Shown: piece after piece, positions 1 through 12,764 of the stretch
How the letters are laid out: each line of letters opens with the position of its first letter
Position numbering within the stretch: position 1 is the first letter of the stretch
DNA from: Rhizophagus irregularis
Taxonomy: Eukaryota
Length of the DNA: 64,000 bases
NCBI RefSeq assembly: GCF_026210795.1
Contig: NC_089431.1
Location: 3,472,001 to 3,536,000 of the forward strand
Direction of reading: 5' to 3'
The notes under the pieces: generated by a model
Seen by the model: the letters and a program-made list of their open reading frames with translations, nothing else
What the model was told of the DNA's origin: nothing
The model's database searches: none
Program-made: the position numbers and the translations under genes

Positions 1-151
1 ATTAGCCATTAAATTAAAGTGTCATATGATAAATGAAAATCGCAGCCAATAAACTGACCATATGCTTATTGACCTGATCAAAGGCTGAGATAATGGGTTA
101 GACGCAATCTACATAGTGGGACAATGAGTTAGACATGATCTACATGGTTAC

Positions 152-636
152 TGTGACTTACCTAGTAAATTTATTAATTGTGGGGCGCAGTATTATATTT
201 AAGAATTAGTGTATAAATTTTTGTTAAGTAAAATTATATAATGTTACAGATTTTAGCGTCTGGAATGACGTTAAACTATAGAATAAGTAATATTGGGGGT
301 TTGGCGTCCGAAATAACGTTAAACTAGGGATTAGGGAATAATACAGAAAAGTACAAAGAGGTAAAATTACAGAAGGGTTAAAAAGATAAATGTTACAAAA
401 AGATGAATATTACAGGAGGAATATTACAGAAAGAGGAGACTTATTATAAGATTATCAACATATAAAAAGGGGTGATATTTGATGCTGAGTGAGAAACGAC
501 ATGAATTTTTGGGATTTTATTTTTTTTGATATATTTAGTTATACTAAACCAAGCGTAATTATTTATATTACTAATAAAGTACTATTTTGTTAAAACTAAG
601 GTGGCAACGTGATTTATCACGGGCTTAGGTCTTACA
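152..636 (+). mobile_element. Probable solo LTR (~485 bp)
   Basis: Begins TGTGAC and ends CTTACA (TG..CA) with an imperfect terminal inverted repeat. TATAAAAAGG at ~461 followed by AATAAA at ~573 gives U3-R-U5 order. No clean 4-6 bp TSD. Confidence 0.45.
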
Positions 637-640
637 CTGT

Positions 641-1171
641 ACATTTCATTTCACCGAAGGGACGTTTCGCCGAAAATGTATTTTATCGAATCCATTTCAC
701 CGAATCGTACATTTCACCGAATTCCATTTTCACCGAATAGACATTTCACTGAAAATGGTAGTGATTAACATTTTTATAAAAAAAATTCATCGCGCAATGA
801 AAATAAAATTAAATTATTTTTAGAGATTTTTTTTCCAGGATATTATCACTTCAATATTCAAGTAACTAATATTAATTGTTAAGCAATAAATAGGTAACTT
901 TATTTTCCTGGAAAAATTTATTCACGAAAAAGTAAGTAAAGAAAAGATTAATGTATTATAAACGACGAGGTAAATTTTATGATCTGGTATAAAAACAATA
1001 AAATAACCAAATGGAATAAATAATTTTTCTATGAAATGTCCATTTGGCGAAATGTCCATTCGATAAAATGGCTTCGGAGAAATGGAGTTTTGGCGAAACA
1101 TCCTTTTGGCGAAATATCCCTTCAGTGAAATTGCTTCGGTGAAATAGATTTCGGTGAAAAGGCCGGATACC
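641..1171. mobile_element. Foldback/MULE-type MITE with arrays of TTCACCGAA (left) and TTCGGTGAA (right) motifs; left terminus disrupted
   Basis: Multiple TTC(A/G)CCGAA motifs at 645-755 mirrored by TTCGG(T/C)GAA at 1040-1160. Right end ...GGCCGGATACC. GATCTACAT at 137-145 and 1172-1180 could be a 9-bp TSD around LTR+MITE. Confidence 0.6.
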
Positions 1172-2577
1172 GATCTACATAGTTATGGACATTTTTTTTT
1201 TTTAGGAATATGAGAAGAAAATAAATTTTATTTCGGATATGCAGTATACAATATAGTCGATTACTGAAAAAACTAATTGGTTGGCAATAACTCGGACAAA
1301 ATTAAATAATTTCCACTAGCATGAATTTATTACAAAAATAAGTGAAAGCGGCATGAGGTATCGGTTTCAATAATAAGTGGTTGTACATTATTTTAATAAT
1401 TATAGCTATTATTTACTTTTTATATTTACACTTTTTATATACCTACCAGAGATCGATAATGAATTAATGTAGTTTTCTCATTTCTATGAAAATAAAAAAT
1501 ACAAGATAAAAAATTACACAAATATGGCTAGCCGCCATGAAAGCCAAAGGTATATAATTTAATTAGGTATAAAATCGATTAGAAAATTACTGTATCTGAA
1601 TCCCACTATTAGTCAATCGATGTATCAATTTCAATTCCTAGTTAAATAGCATCGTGAATTTTGAAAATTAATCGATCACCGTTTTTCATAATGATAATAA
1701 TATTTTTTTAGAGTAGGAGAATTATCACGTTATGCTCACATCTTTTTATGTTAAATTTACTTATTTTTACCAAATTAATTTTTTGTATATTGTAAATAAA
1801 TTATTTCTGAGCATAGATTGGTTTTAGTTGTTTGCAAAAAAATTTGTCTGTTAATATATTTATCAATAGTTCAAAATTTTATGACAACAAAATATAAAAA
1901 TTATTACGATTATTATGATTATTTGATATGATGATTTTTTTGTGGTTTTTATATTATTAAACATCAAGAGGAAGGAAATATCACGCAATAAACTTTCAAT
2001 TGAGTGTATCATTTAGTTTGAAATATGTAATTTCGCAGGATTATCTAAATGTAATTAAAATACTGATGTTTTCCACCTCATTTTGAAAATGAAGTAATAA
2101 AGTGATTTTTAAAACATAATGTTATACAATTGAAACAGATATCATTAAAGTTTTTTATCGTATTGTGAATGGGTATGAAGTAATATAAGTAATATATACT
2201 AATTTATTTTACTTTTTCTTATCTTTGATTAGAGTCATTAAGTGGGATGGCTTATTTTAGATGCAAAAAATATATTTATAAATTGAACACCTAATTTAAT
2301 GAATGATGCGAAAATTCAAAAATTATGTTTCGTTAATATTTAATAAAAAGCTTATTTACTGATCTTTTAAGACTGTCACGTTATAGCTGATATCATACTA
2401 CTATACTTTTTAAGCTTACCATATTTTATATAATTCAAAAATTTAGTATTTTTGTGATAAATTGGTATGAATTTTATTTCTAGATATATAATATCCCATA
2501 AAAATAAATAAAAATGAAGAATAAAAAAAAAGAATAAATGATGACCTATAGGCTTTAAGATAATTTAAATATAATAT

Positions 2578-4365
2578 TCAAATATCAAAATCGATTTCTA
2601 TCCTATTATTAAATAATAAACATATTAAATTGTAAATTATACAATAGTATTTACTTTATTTGTTACAAATAATCAAAAGAATTTTACCATTATTTTTATT
2701 TTCAATTAGCTTAATCTTTTTAATAATTTTATCTGAAAATATTTCATTTAATTTAGTAAATATTAAATTCATTTGTATTTATATATGAGTTTTGACTTTT
2801 ATCATTCATACCTTCATCAAATCTACTTTCAATTTGATTATCTTCAAATTTTCTTTTATCTTTAAAAGAATAAAATTTATTAATATTACCTAAAATTATA
2901 TTAAAATGATTATATTTAGTTAGATAAACATTTGCCACTAAAGATTACATTGCCTCTTTAATGACACGAAATAAATCTAAATAATAATGAAATACAGTAT
3001 TATTACACTTTTATCAAGTAAAATATTTAATGTTGTATTTACCAACTTCTGCAGTTATAGATTGGCTTCTTAAACTTCTTGTGAACATTGCAGAAAGAAT
3101 CATATCACTTAAAGGTCTACTCTTATAAACAGCACCTGGATTATTTTCTGCTATAGGCCCAATATCCGGTGATACTATAATTTTAGTTGTATTTGGGTTT
3201 TCACTAAACCATATTCCTTTAATTTTTCGATATATATCTTCAGCTGTTGGTCTTTTCTTTGGATCAGAATTCCAGCATTCTTTCATTAATTCAATATATC
3301 CTTCAGGTGCATTTGTAACAATTGGTGGTCTTAAACCATCCCATATTTCAATTATCAGTTCTACATCATGTATTCTATCCCAAAAAGGTCTTCTACCTGT
3401 CATAAATTCCCACATAATCATACCAAAACTATATATATCTGAGGCTGTAGTATATGTTTGTCTTTGAAAAATCTCTGGTGCCATATAAGGAATAATACCA
3501 TAATTCTCTGTAGAATCTGTAGATTCGGTTGCAGATTTACTTATTCCCAGATCACCTATACATGTAACTTCATTTTTAAAAAAGATATTTCCACTGTGAA
3601 AATCTCTGTGTATAATATGTGCACTATGGATATTTTTAAGTCCATATATTATATATCTTAAGTTATTCAACTTTGTATCCCAAATAATATTATAAAAATC
3701 ATTACTTAAATAATGTATCAAATCACCTGAATTATAGTATGCCATAATAATCATTAAATCTTTAGTAACAGGATCTTGAGTAATTCCAAAATATACACTA
3801 ACAAATCCAATATATTTAGAATTTAAAGAAAATTCATGAAATATTTTGAGCTAAATAGAAAGTTTATTAATTACTTATCACATAATTAGGATAATTAATA
3901 ACAAGCAATTACCTCATTAAGTTCTTTAGATGTAATAACTTTAGAATTATTAAGCTTTTTAAGAACAACCGGATGATTTTTTTTATTCATAAAACTTTGC
4001 TTTTTTTTACTCCATCCATGAATTGGACCATCAATCCAAGTAGCCTTATAAATTTTGCTAAAACCTCCTTCAGCAATAAATTTTACATCTTTGAATTGAT
4101 CATAAGGGACAAAGACCATTTTCCCAACTAATCTACTACCAGTGACTAGTGTATGCTTGATAAAATCGTCAATAACCTTGTTCCCACTTGGTGTATATAC
4201 TGATTTCGCTTTATAGCAAACATGGCAAACCTGATTATTTTCATCTAAACGTTCCGTTTTTTGATTACATTCATTGCATAATATCTTTATTTTGCGATTG
4301 CGATTAGATGTGTTGTTTGATAATAAAAAGTCATTTTTGTGTTTATGATTTAATAATTGATCCAT
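2578..4365 (-). CDS. Tyrosine-kinase-like (TKL) protein kinase with N-terminal CxxC..CxxC module, multi-exon
   Basis: IAEGGFSKIYKA, VVLKKL, HRDFHSGN, GDLG, YMAPE, DIYSFG motifs. GT-AG intron 3851-3912 joins ORFs 3895-4371 and 3014-3754. Small 3' exons end EIDFDI* (TGA 2578-2580), homologous to the kinase at 58191-60086. Exact 3' exon choice is uncertain. Confidence 0.9.
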
Positions 4366-5242
4366 TTTCAAATAATCGCTAATTTTTTTTAAAAAATACC
4401 CTTCCAGTTTGAAGCGTTCAAGAAAACTTTCTAATGTGTATATATAAACATTTTGTAATAACTTGTGTAACTTCTAATATAAAATTCTTTTTCTATAAAT
4501 TTCATTCCTTGTAGAAATTTCTTATTATTATAAGAATTATGGAAATGTTAAGCAGAAAGTCCAAATAACAAATCTAAAAGTGTATTTGGAAAAGAATTTT
4601 CGAATGAACTTTTTACAAGAATTCCGGAATTCTATAGATTCGGTATCACGTTTCATCAATTAGCCTCATTAGTGATCATGTGACATATATTTTACGTAAT
4701 TATTTATTAAAATAGTAATTTGGCGTTCATACAAATGACAATTCAAGTTCTTATATAAAAAAGGTATAAATTTCGTAAATAAATTATCATCATTTTTCAA
4801 CATGTGAAAATATTAAAAAAAAAACCATTACCTCAATGAAAAAATTAAATTATTTAACATTATGCTACAAATTGTAAAATTGCTAAAATTGTTTTAAAAT
4901 TAAACTTGGAAAATTTGAATGATAGTAAATATTATTATATTATTGCAAATGTTTAGTATCCTTACGAATTTTTTTTTTTTAAAAAGAGTTTTCGTTCTTG
5001 GCTAATAAAATCAAATTAAAATTTTTTCAGTTACCGTAATTATACAACCAAATATATATGACACTTTAATAATCAGATTCTAAATAACGAATAATATGGT
5101 AAGTAGCGTAAGCTTTTACACAAAAGATATAACAAATTTATATACTCAATTGAATATAGTACATTATTTTATCAGTTTAACATCCATTATTTTATTATTA
5201 AAAGGTTTATATTTTCCCTCTCACTCTTCTATTCTTGCATAT

Positions 5243-6660
5243 TCATTTAATTAGTTCAAATTTTTTAATAATACCCAACTTTTGGTATTTTTCAATTACT
5301 TCCATTATTTCGGTTTTAACCATGATTCCTCCAATAGTAAAAGTAATTGATCTAAATGGTACACGATCTTTCCAAATAATAAAAAAAGATTCTAATTCTT
5401 TTGATTTAAACATTTTAACATCTTCTATATGCAATTCATGAAAATTTTTTGGTGAAAATTTAGAAATAATTTTCAACGCATCACTTACTTTCGTGCGCGT
5501 ATATAACTTAACTTTAAGTTTTCTAATTGTTTACAATTATTTAAAATTTCTTTTAATGTCTCTACTTTACCAATTTTAGTATATAGATATTTTAATTTTA
5601 AACAAAATTATGCTATATCTAAATTTAATGATGTATCAGTTTCAATATATTTACAAAAACAGCATTCAAGACATTCTAAATTCTTTCCATTATTTTCTAA
5701 AAATATATTTAATGAGTTAAATGATTCTCCATATATTCTTAAAACTCTTAATTTTGGAAGAATAGCATATTCTAATTCATAATAATTTCTACTTAATAAA
5801 AAGAGTTCTTGTAAATTTATCAATTCAGTAATAAATAATAATGGCTTTCCATCATAAATTCCATCACTTAAATAAAATTTTGTTAAGGTATTATAATGCT
5901 TCTTTAATGAAGGAATAAGTCCTTTCCAGCAATATGTATCATTACAATTTATTTTTAATTTTTTTAAACAATTTTGTGAATATATTAATTTCATTAATTC
6001 ATATTCACTTCTTATATGATCTCCTCGATAAAAAATATGTAATGATTGTATATTATGACATACAGTTGATAATAGATGAAAAAATTTTGATTCTATACCA
6101 CTTGCACAACTTAATTTTGTAAGATTTTTTAAACAATCTCTTGCTCTAGGAAAATTAATAAAACGTATATTATATGGAATTTTTGTATCAACTTTCAATA
6201 TATAATCTAATCTCTTTAAATTATTAATCTTATTCATATACATTTTTAATATTTCTTTTATTACCAACTTTATCGACTTTTTCATGCCTTTTGATTCTTC
6301 TGATGTTTTTGATTGTTGTTGATTTTTAAAATAAGATATTATAATTACACTAATATCACCAATTGAAAGTGATTTACAAAATGATACATAATCAAATAAT
6401 GGAGGTTTTGAAGTTGGAGTTGGAATGATAATTCCTTTACTATATAAAAGGCATTTTGATGTATTAGGAAGACAAGCAATTAGAGTATTTAAAATTTGTA
6501 ATGATGCATCTGATTGAAGTTTGAATTTCCAAATATTTCTCCATAAAACTTTGACAGTAACTTCACAAAAAAAATAATTAACAAATAAACATGGATATAA
6601 AGTATCTTTATCATTCTCTAAAAATTCTAAAACTTCTTCAATATAAATTTGATAAGTCAT
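5243..6660 (-). pseudogene. F-box-like/RNI-like leucine-rich-repeat protein, disrupted
   Basis: Family-typical motifs LYPCLFVN..FCEVTVKVLWRNIW, PTPTSKPPLFDYVSFCKSL and C-terminal ELESFFIIWKDRVP...LGIIKKF. In-frame TAA at 5608-5610 (the frame continues FCLKLKYL..ETLKEILNNCKQLE) and a frameshift near 5490 before KIISKFSPK. Confidence 0.75.
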
Positions 6661-7487
6661 TTTGTTTTTTTATAGAGTAAGAATTTTAAGGATAAGAATA
6701 TAGAATAGAATGTATAGAATAAGTGTTTTAAAAAAGTATGATATAAGAGTATAGAATAAGAGTTTAAATAAGGTGAGAGTAAGACATTTATTTACCACAT
6801 TTATTAGTAATATTAAAACATTCTGACATCAATATTAGATAGTATGAGTGATTTGTAATAGAATAGGTAATATGTCATGCTAAGTCGAAATTATTAGTTC
6901 ATGCCGAGTCATAAATGATCTGTGTTTATCAACATGAGTAAAATTTCATAAAAATATATTCCATAGTGACTCTAAGAAAGTCCACTTTTTTATATACATG
7001 CAAAAAAAAGACTTGCAATACAATCGACTGACAGTGCAACAAGGTCTGATTAAACCTTCCCATCTTTCAATAAATTTGATACTTTGCAACAATAACCAAC
7101 ATGAATTAATTTAATAGCTGCTAGTGAATTTGGATTTGGCAAACTACTATAATACAATCAACTCAATTGTTATTGCAAATTTTGGTTCAGTATTAAGAAG
7201 GAAAAGAGTCCAAAGATGAGTTTCTCTGGGTTTGTGATATATTTGTTTTCAACACAAATTTCAACTGCGGATCACTGAAATCGAAAAACATAAGGATTTA
7301 AGGTAAGTATTTCCATTGTATGGTTTCTATTTGCTTTATGGGCGTGCTCATTTTTAAGTGTTATGACATAGGGGTTTATGTATTCACAGTACATACATAT
7401 GTTTATATATTTGAAAAAATAAGTAAAAAAAGTACGTTATTTTTTTTAAAAAAATTCTTCATACATTTAAGTTCATATATAACAAAA

Positions 7488-8376
7488 CTATGTTGGCACA
7501 TTGGCCATTTGGCCGGGGTTGGCCGTTGGCCATTTGGCAGTTTGGTGACCAAAATGGCCAAAAAAGTTTTGGCCGCGGCCAAATGCCAACAAGGTACTAA
7601 TACCTATCTAGTTATTTCTTTGGCCGTTTAGCATTTGGCCAGGGTTGGCCGTTGGCCATTTGGCCATTTGAACAGGGCGGACATCCCCATATTATCACGA
7701 TATTGCCGATCATTTTGCCGATCACTTGTCCAATATTATCACATTAAAAAATACCGTTGAATTAGTTTTTTCACAAATTCTACATAATAATGTATAAAAT
7801 TTTGATTTTATTTACTTTATTTTATTTATTGTTAATAAATTAGTTCTTAAAATAATTCATAAAGATTTTGTCAAATATCAGACATATATTAATTTTACAA
7901 TAATTGTAAACATTTATTTAATGATAACTTTTGGGTTATCAAAAATTATCAAGTTTTATTTTAGCCATTGATTCTTGAATACCTAAATAATATACTGTAA
8001 AAGTTTCAAGTTTCGCCCGAAGATCTGTGGCTTCGCCCGAAGCTTCAAAGTCACGTTAGCAGATGATTGGCATATATATAGCATATATATTAATTATTGA
8101 AAATTTGACGTAAAATCTAACTTTGGAAACACACCTTATTTTGCCACAATACTTTTATATTAATTTATTGATAAATGAAACTATTAAATAAAATAATTTA
8201 ACATAAATTGTCAGAACATTTATTGCTTGTAATAAAGCTTCAAATTTAACGATATCACTTATATCATGATCGGCAAGTGATCGACATTGTGATATAATGC
8301 ATGTCCGCCCTGTTGGCCATTTGGCCGTAGCAAAAATAGCCAAAAAAATCTTGGCCACGGCCAAATGCCAACACTG
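7488..8376. mobile_element. hAT-like MITE(s) rich in TTGGCCA motifs (terminus CAGTGTTGGCATTTGGCC), two partial copies
   Basis: TGTTGGCA...TGCCAACA bounds 7491-7591. Second copy runs ~7620-8376, ends CCAAATGCCAACACTG and is split by a nested element. No TSD found. Confidence 0.55.
7671..8314. mobile_element. Nested MITE with TIR AACAGGGCGGACAT
   Basis: Perfect 14-bp TIR (7671-7684 / 8301-8314), GCCGATCA subterminal motifs on both arms, flanked by GGCCATTTG at 7662-7670 and 8315-8323. The host is repetitive, so the TSD length is uncertain. Confidence 0.7.
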
Positions 8377-9235
8377 ATATACACAATCAAAATAATGGTA
8401 ATGCTTCTTAATTTGATCATATCTTCATAACTATTCCAATTAGAACATTACTTTTTATACCAAATTAAACAATGGAATGCTCATTTAAAAAGCAATGAAA
8501 AAAAAAGTAATTTCAAATAAATACTAACATTATTTTTATTTTATTAGTAAAATAGCTTCCATTACAATTAAATTTATTTATGAGTGTTAACTTTTTCTTG
8601 AAACAAATTTTTAGAAATATTATAATTGAATTAGAATTTTTTTTGCATTTCTGTAAGTACATATATTTTATTATTCAATAAATATTTAGTTTGTCCTCTA
8701 TTTGTATCAATATAGGTTTCAATTTGATTCTAATAACCTTGCTATTAATAATTATGCTATTTTCAAAATTATTTTACTATTTTCTAAATAAATTGAGAAA
8801 TGGCTTGTAAAGTTTTTTCTTTTTTTTTTGTATTACCATCTTCTTAACATACTGATTCAAAACAATCCAAAGTTCTTATTATGATTTAAGATTTGGGAAT
8901 AAAAATATTTAGAATTTTGGCATTCTTTATAAAAAAGATAATACTATGCTCCCCAAGCTAAGTGGTCATTACTAGTGCTTCGATCCATTTCTAGTCCATC
9001 CAGATGAATCCGGATGAATCCGGATTTTTTTTTCATCTGGATATCCAGTTTTGATCCAGATTTTGATCCGAATGAAAAATATCTGGATTCATCCGGAATC
9101 CGGATAGAAAAAAAAAATTTTTTCTAATATTTTTTATAGATTTTGTAATAAATAAATAGTCTATTAGTTTCGCAACTGATAAATAATTTTGTAATATACA
9201 AATTTTGTCATGAACAACGATAAATTGATGATTAG

Positions 9236-10054
9236 TACTGGTAAAAAAATGATTTATCCTACACATATCTTACACATATTGGGTACTCAAAATGTAGAAA
9301 ATTATACACAAATAATACACATATCATACACATATCGGGTACTAATATATATATCATACGTATATCAGGTACCTGATAGGTATACTAGGACCCCGAGCAA
9401 TATATATATAGGTAACAAGAAAGGTCAAAATTTTTATAATAGCTCTACGCAAGGTTTTTATTAAGATAAATAAGCAAACTCAACATGTGACTTCACAAAT
9501 TGCCCAAAAATAAGCAATCTAACCATATGACTTTATAATATTATATTTTACAAAAATTATTTGATCAAATTTTCTCGCATTTATGATTTACAATTTCACT
9601 TTTTTCAATAGTAATATCATCTTAACTAAAATATCCGTCTTAGTAATTTTTTTCATCTCCCATTAACTTTTGCATATTAGCATAATACCATCGCTTATAT
9701 AGTTAAATGTTATACAATACATTATTAAATAATACTAAATTTACTCAAAATTATAATATATGACTTTTCAAAAATTCTGTGAAAATAAGCAAATGAAAAA
9801 TATGACATTGGCAAAAAATATCATTAATTTTACGCAAATCTAACCTCTAACTGTGGCTAAAATAGCATGTGACTAAGCAAATGATATTGTTACCTATACA
9901 TATATTGCTCGGGGTCCTGGTATACTATATATATAAGTACCCAATATGTATATGATATGTGTATTATTTGTGTATGATTTTCTACATTTTGAGTACCCGA
10001 TATATGTAAGATATGTGTAGGATATGTGTAGGATAGACCATTTTTTTACTAGTG
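9236..10054. mobile_element. CACTA/EnSpm-type MITE nested in the hAT MITE
   Basis: Right terminus reads CACTAGTAAAAAAA on the minus strand, left TACTGGTAAAAAAA. Imperfect inverted arms of >100 bp. 3-bp TSD TAG (9233-9235 / 10055-10057). Confidence 0.85.
9385..9920. mobile_element. TA(TA)-flanked MITE (Tc1/mariner-like) nested in the CACTA MITE
   Basis: TIR C(T/C)AGGACCCCGAGCAATATAT(A/G)TATAGGTAACAA (~34 bp, 2 mismatches). TATA on both sides. Confidence 0.8.
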
Positions 10055-10810
10055 TAGTAAAAAATTATGTATTTATTATTAATTTATTTAATATAATTAA
10101 AGTGAAAATTATTTTTACATTTTTATTAATCTTATTAAGTAAAATCATAATTTAAGAAGCGATATTGTTTTTTAAGCCTGATTTTATCATAATTTGAATA
10201 AAATTTGTAACTCAGGCCAAATTAATAGTGCCGGCCCAAATTATGATAAAATAAGCTAATTCAAATTCAATAATTAAATCGGAAAAAATGCTACAAAATT
10301 TAAAAAAACCTACCAAATTGTATTAATAAGTACCATTATCTCTAATATGGATCGTCATATGCAATCTAAAAAATTTTATATATGAAATCTGATCCGGATT
10401 CCGGATTTCACCCGGATTTCTGACCCAGATTTCAATCCAGATCAAACCGGATATAATCCGGATTTTTTTTTGTGTAATCCAGATGACGGATTTCATCTGG
10501 ATCGAAGCACTAGTCCTTACTGTTCATAGACCTTTAGTATATCACTGATATCCTAAGTTATCCCAAGCTTGCAAAATAAAAGAATACACACTTTAAGTGG
10601 TTCTTATAAAAATAACAGTAATGATATCTATTAAAAGATGGATAAAAGAAGGTACATAGTTAGTTCCTTTAACAACAACAAACTTAGGACAAACTTAGGA
10701 AAAAGATGGTATTATGCTACCCAAGTTAAGTGGTCCTTACTGCTATAGTCCTTCAGAATACCACTGATATCCTAAGTTACCTAAGTTTGCAAAATAAAAA
10801 ATACCACATT

Positions 10811-11003
10811 ATGGTGAATTAGTGTGTACAGTTAGGCTGCACATTTCAACAAAGGGTCATGGTGTCCTTCTAATGTTCCCTATGAGGCCATTGGCATGTG
10901 CGCAGTCCTGTCCTTAAGGTCACTACTATACCTTGGAGGGGACTTCCTATCCGGATGGTCACTTCATGATACCGCTTGGGTCCTTTAGGGCTAGATGGTT
11001 TTT
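10811..11003. mobile_element. GC-richer ~190-bp insert in one repeat unit; candidate short retroposon/SINE-like element
   Basis: Sharp composition change. It replaces the TTTTCTTTTAAATTCAGTCAG segment present in the other units and ends in a T-run on the + strand. Confidence 0.35.
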
Positions 11004-12323
11004 AAATGGACAAAAACCAATAATAAAGCAGTAATGATATCTATTTAAAGAAAATAAGATATTGGTTAGCACTTAGCAGTGTGAACTTTTATTTTAAATA
11101 AAGGAAGATACATAGCTAGTTCCTTATTGAGAACTAACAGACCTTTATTAACAATAAACATAAGATAATCTTAGGAAAAAGATGATACCATGCTACCAAA
11201 GCTAAGTGGTCCTTACTGTCATGGTCCTTCAGAATACCACTGATATCCTAAGCTATCTAAGTTGCAAAATAAAAAATACACACCTTTTCTTTTAAATTCA
11301 GTCAGTTTCTCAGCTTTTTTTAAAAATTTAAATGGACAAAAACCAATAATAAAGCAGTGATGATATCTATTTAAAGAAAATAAGATATTGGTTAGCAGTA
11401 TGAACTTTTATTTAGAATAAAGGAAGATACATAGCTAGTTCCTTATTGAGAACTAACAGACCTTTATTAACAACAAACTTAAGATAATCTTAGGAAAAAG
11501 ATGATACCATGCTACCAAAGCTAAGTGATCCTTACTGTCATGGTCCTTCAGAATACCACTGATATCCTAAGCTATCTAAGTTACAAAATAAAAAATACAC
11601 ACCTTTTCTTTTAAATTCAGTCAGTTTCTCAGCTTCTTTTAAAAATTTAAATGGACAAAAACCAATAATTAGGCAGTAATGATATCTATTTAAAGAAAAT
11701 AAGATATTGGTTAGCAGTGTGAACTTTTATTTAGAATAAAGGAAGATACATAGCTAGTTTCTTATTGAGAACTAACAGACCTTTATTAACAACAAACTTA
11801 AGATAATCTTAGGAAAAAGATGATACCATGCTACCAAAGCTAAGTGATCCTTACTGTCATGGTCCTTCAGAATACCACTGATATCCTAAGCTATCTAAGT
11901 TGCAAAATAAAAAATACACACCTTTTCTTTTAAATTCAGTCAGTTTTTTAGCTTCTTTTAAAAATTTAAATGAACAAAAACCAATAATTAGGCAGTAATG
12001 ATGTCTATTTAAAGAAAATAAGATATTGGTTAGCAGTGTGAACTTTTATTTAGAATAAAGGAAGATACATAGCTAGTTCCTTATTGAGAACTAACAGACC
12101 TTTATTAACAACAAACTTAAGATAATCTTAGGAAAAAGATGATACCATGCTACCAAAGCTAAGTGATCCTTACTGTCATGGTCCTTCAGAATACCACTGA
12201 TATCCTAAGCTATCTAAGTTGCAAAATAAAAAATACACACCTTTTCTTTTAAATTCAGTCAGTTTTTCAGCTTCTTTTAAAAATTTAAATGGACAGAAAA
12301 TAATAATGAAGCAGTAATGATAT
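11004..12323. repeat. Tandem array, 319-bp unit, ~4 near-identical copies (plus diverged units at 8930-8972/10513-10805)
   Basis: Anchor AAATG(G/A)ACA recurs at 11004, 11330, 11649, 11968 and 12287. Confidence 0.95.
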
Positions 12324-12545
12324 CAGGAACAGGTGCAATTGAAAAAAATTTTGCATTTTGGAAAAAAAATATTTTGAAAGAAAATTACTTTTGCATTTTG
12401 GAAAAAAAAAAATATTTTGAAAAAAAATTACAAAAAAAAATTTTACAGGTCTTTAAATAAAAAAAATTTGACCTTGCTCATTTTTAATAATTATGAGTCA
12501 ATATTTCATTATCTTTATTGATATTGTATCTTACATTTAAAAATG

Positions 12546-12764
12546 ACTCACTGTTAAATGATAATCTTTCTATTGTTTTTCATTATTACTCATAGTTACA
12601 CCAATATTTTTTATTAAACAACTCATAGTTAAATGATAATCTTTCTATTGTTTTTTCATTATTACTTATAGTTACACCAATATTTTTATTAATAACTCAC
12701 AGTTAAATGATAATATTTCTATGTTTTTCATTATTACTCATAGTTACACCAATATTTTTATTAA
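12546..12764. repeat. ~74-bp tandem repeat, 3 copies
   Basis: ACTCA...GTTAAATGATAAT at 12546, 12621 and 12695. Confidence 0.9.

Larger units (their letters stand above)
8973..10512. mobile_element. hAT-type MITE (TIR TAGTGCTTCGATCCA, CCGGAT subterminal repeats)
   Basis: Perfect 15-bp TIR. 8-bp TSD GTCATTAC/GTCCTTAC (1 mismatch). The empty site AAGTGGTCCTTACTG is visible in neighbouring repeat copies. Confidence 0.85.

Noticed and set aside
6990..7310. Possible exon remnant ending in AAG|GTAAGT
   Set aside because: No sustained frame or motif.
11004..12323. CRISPR array or hammerhead retrozyme
   Set aside because: The units are fully repeated with no unique spacers, and no CUGANGA/GAAA core was found on either strand.
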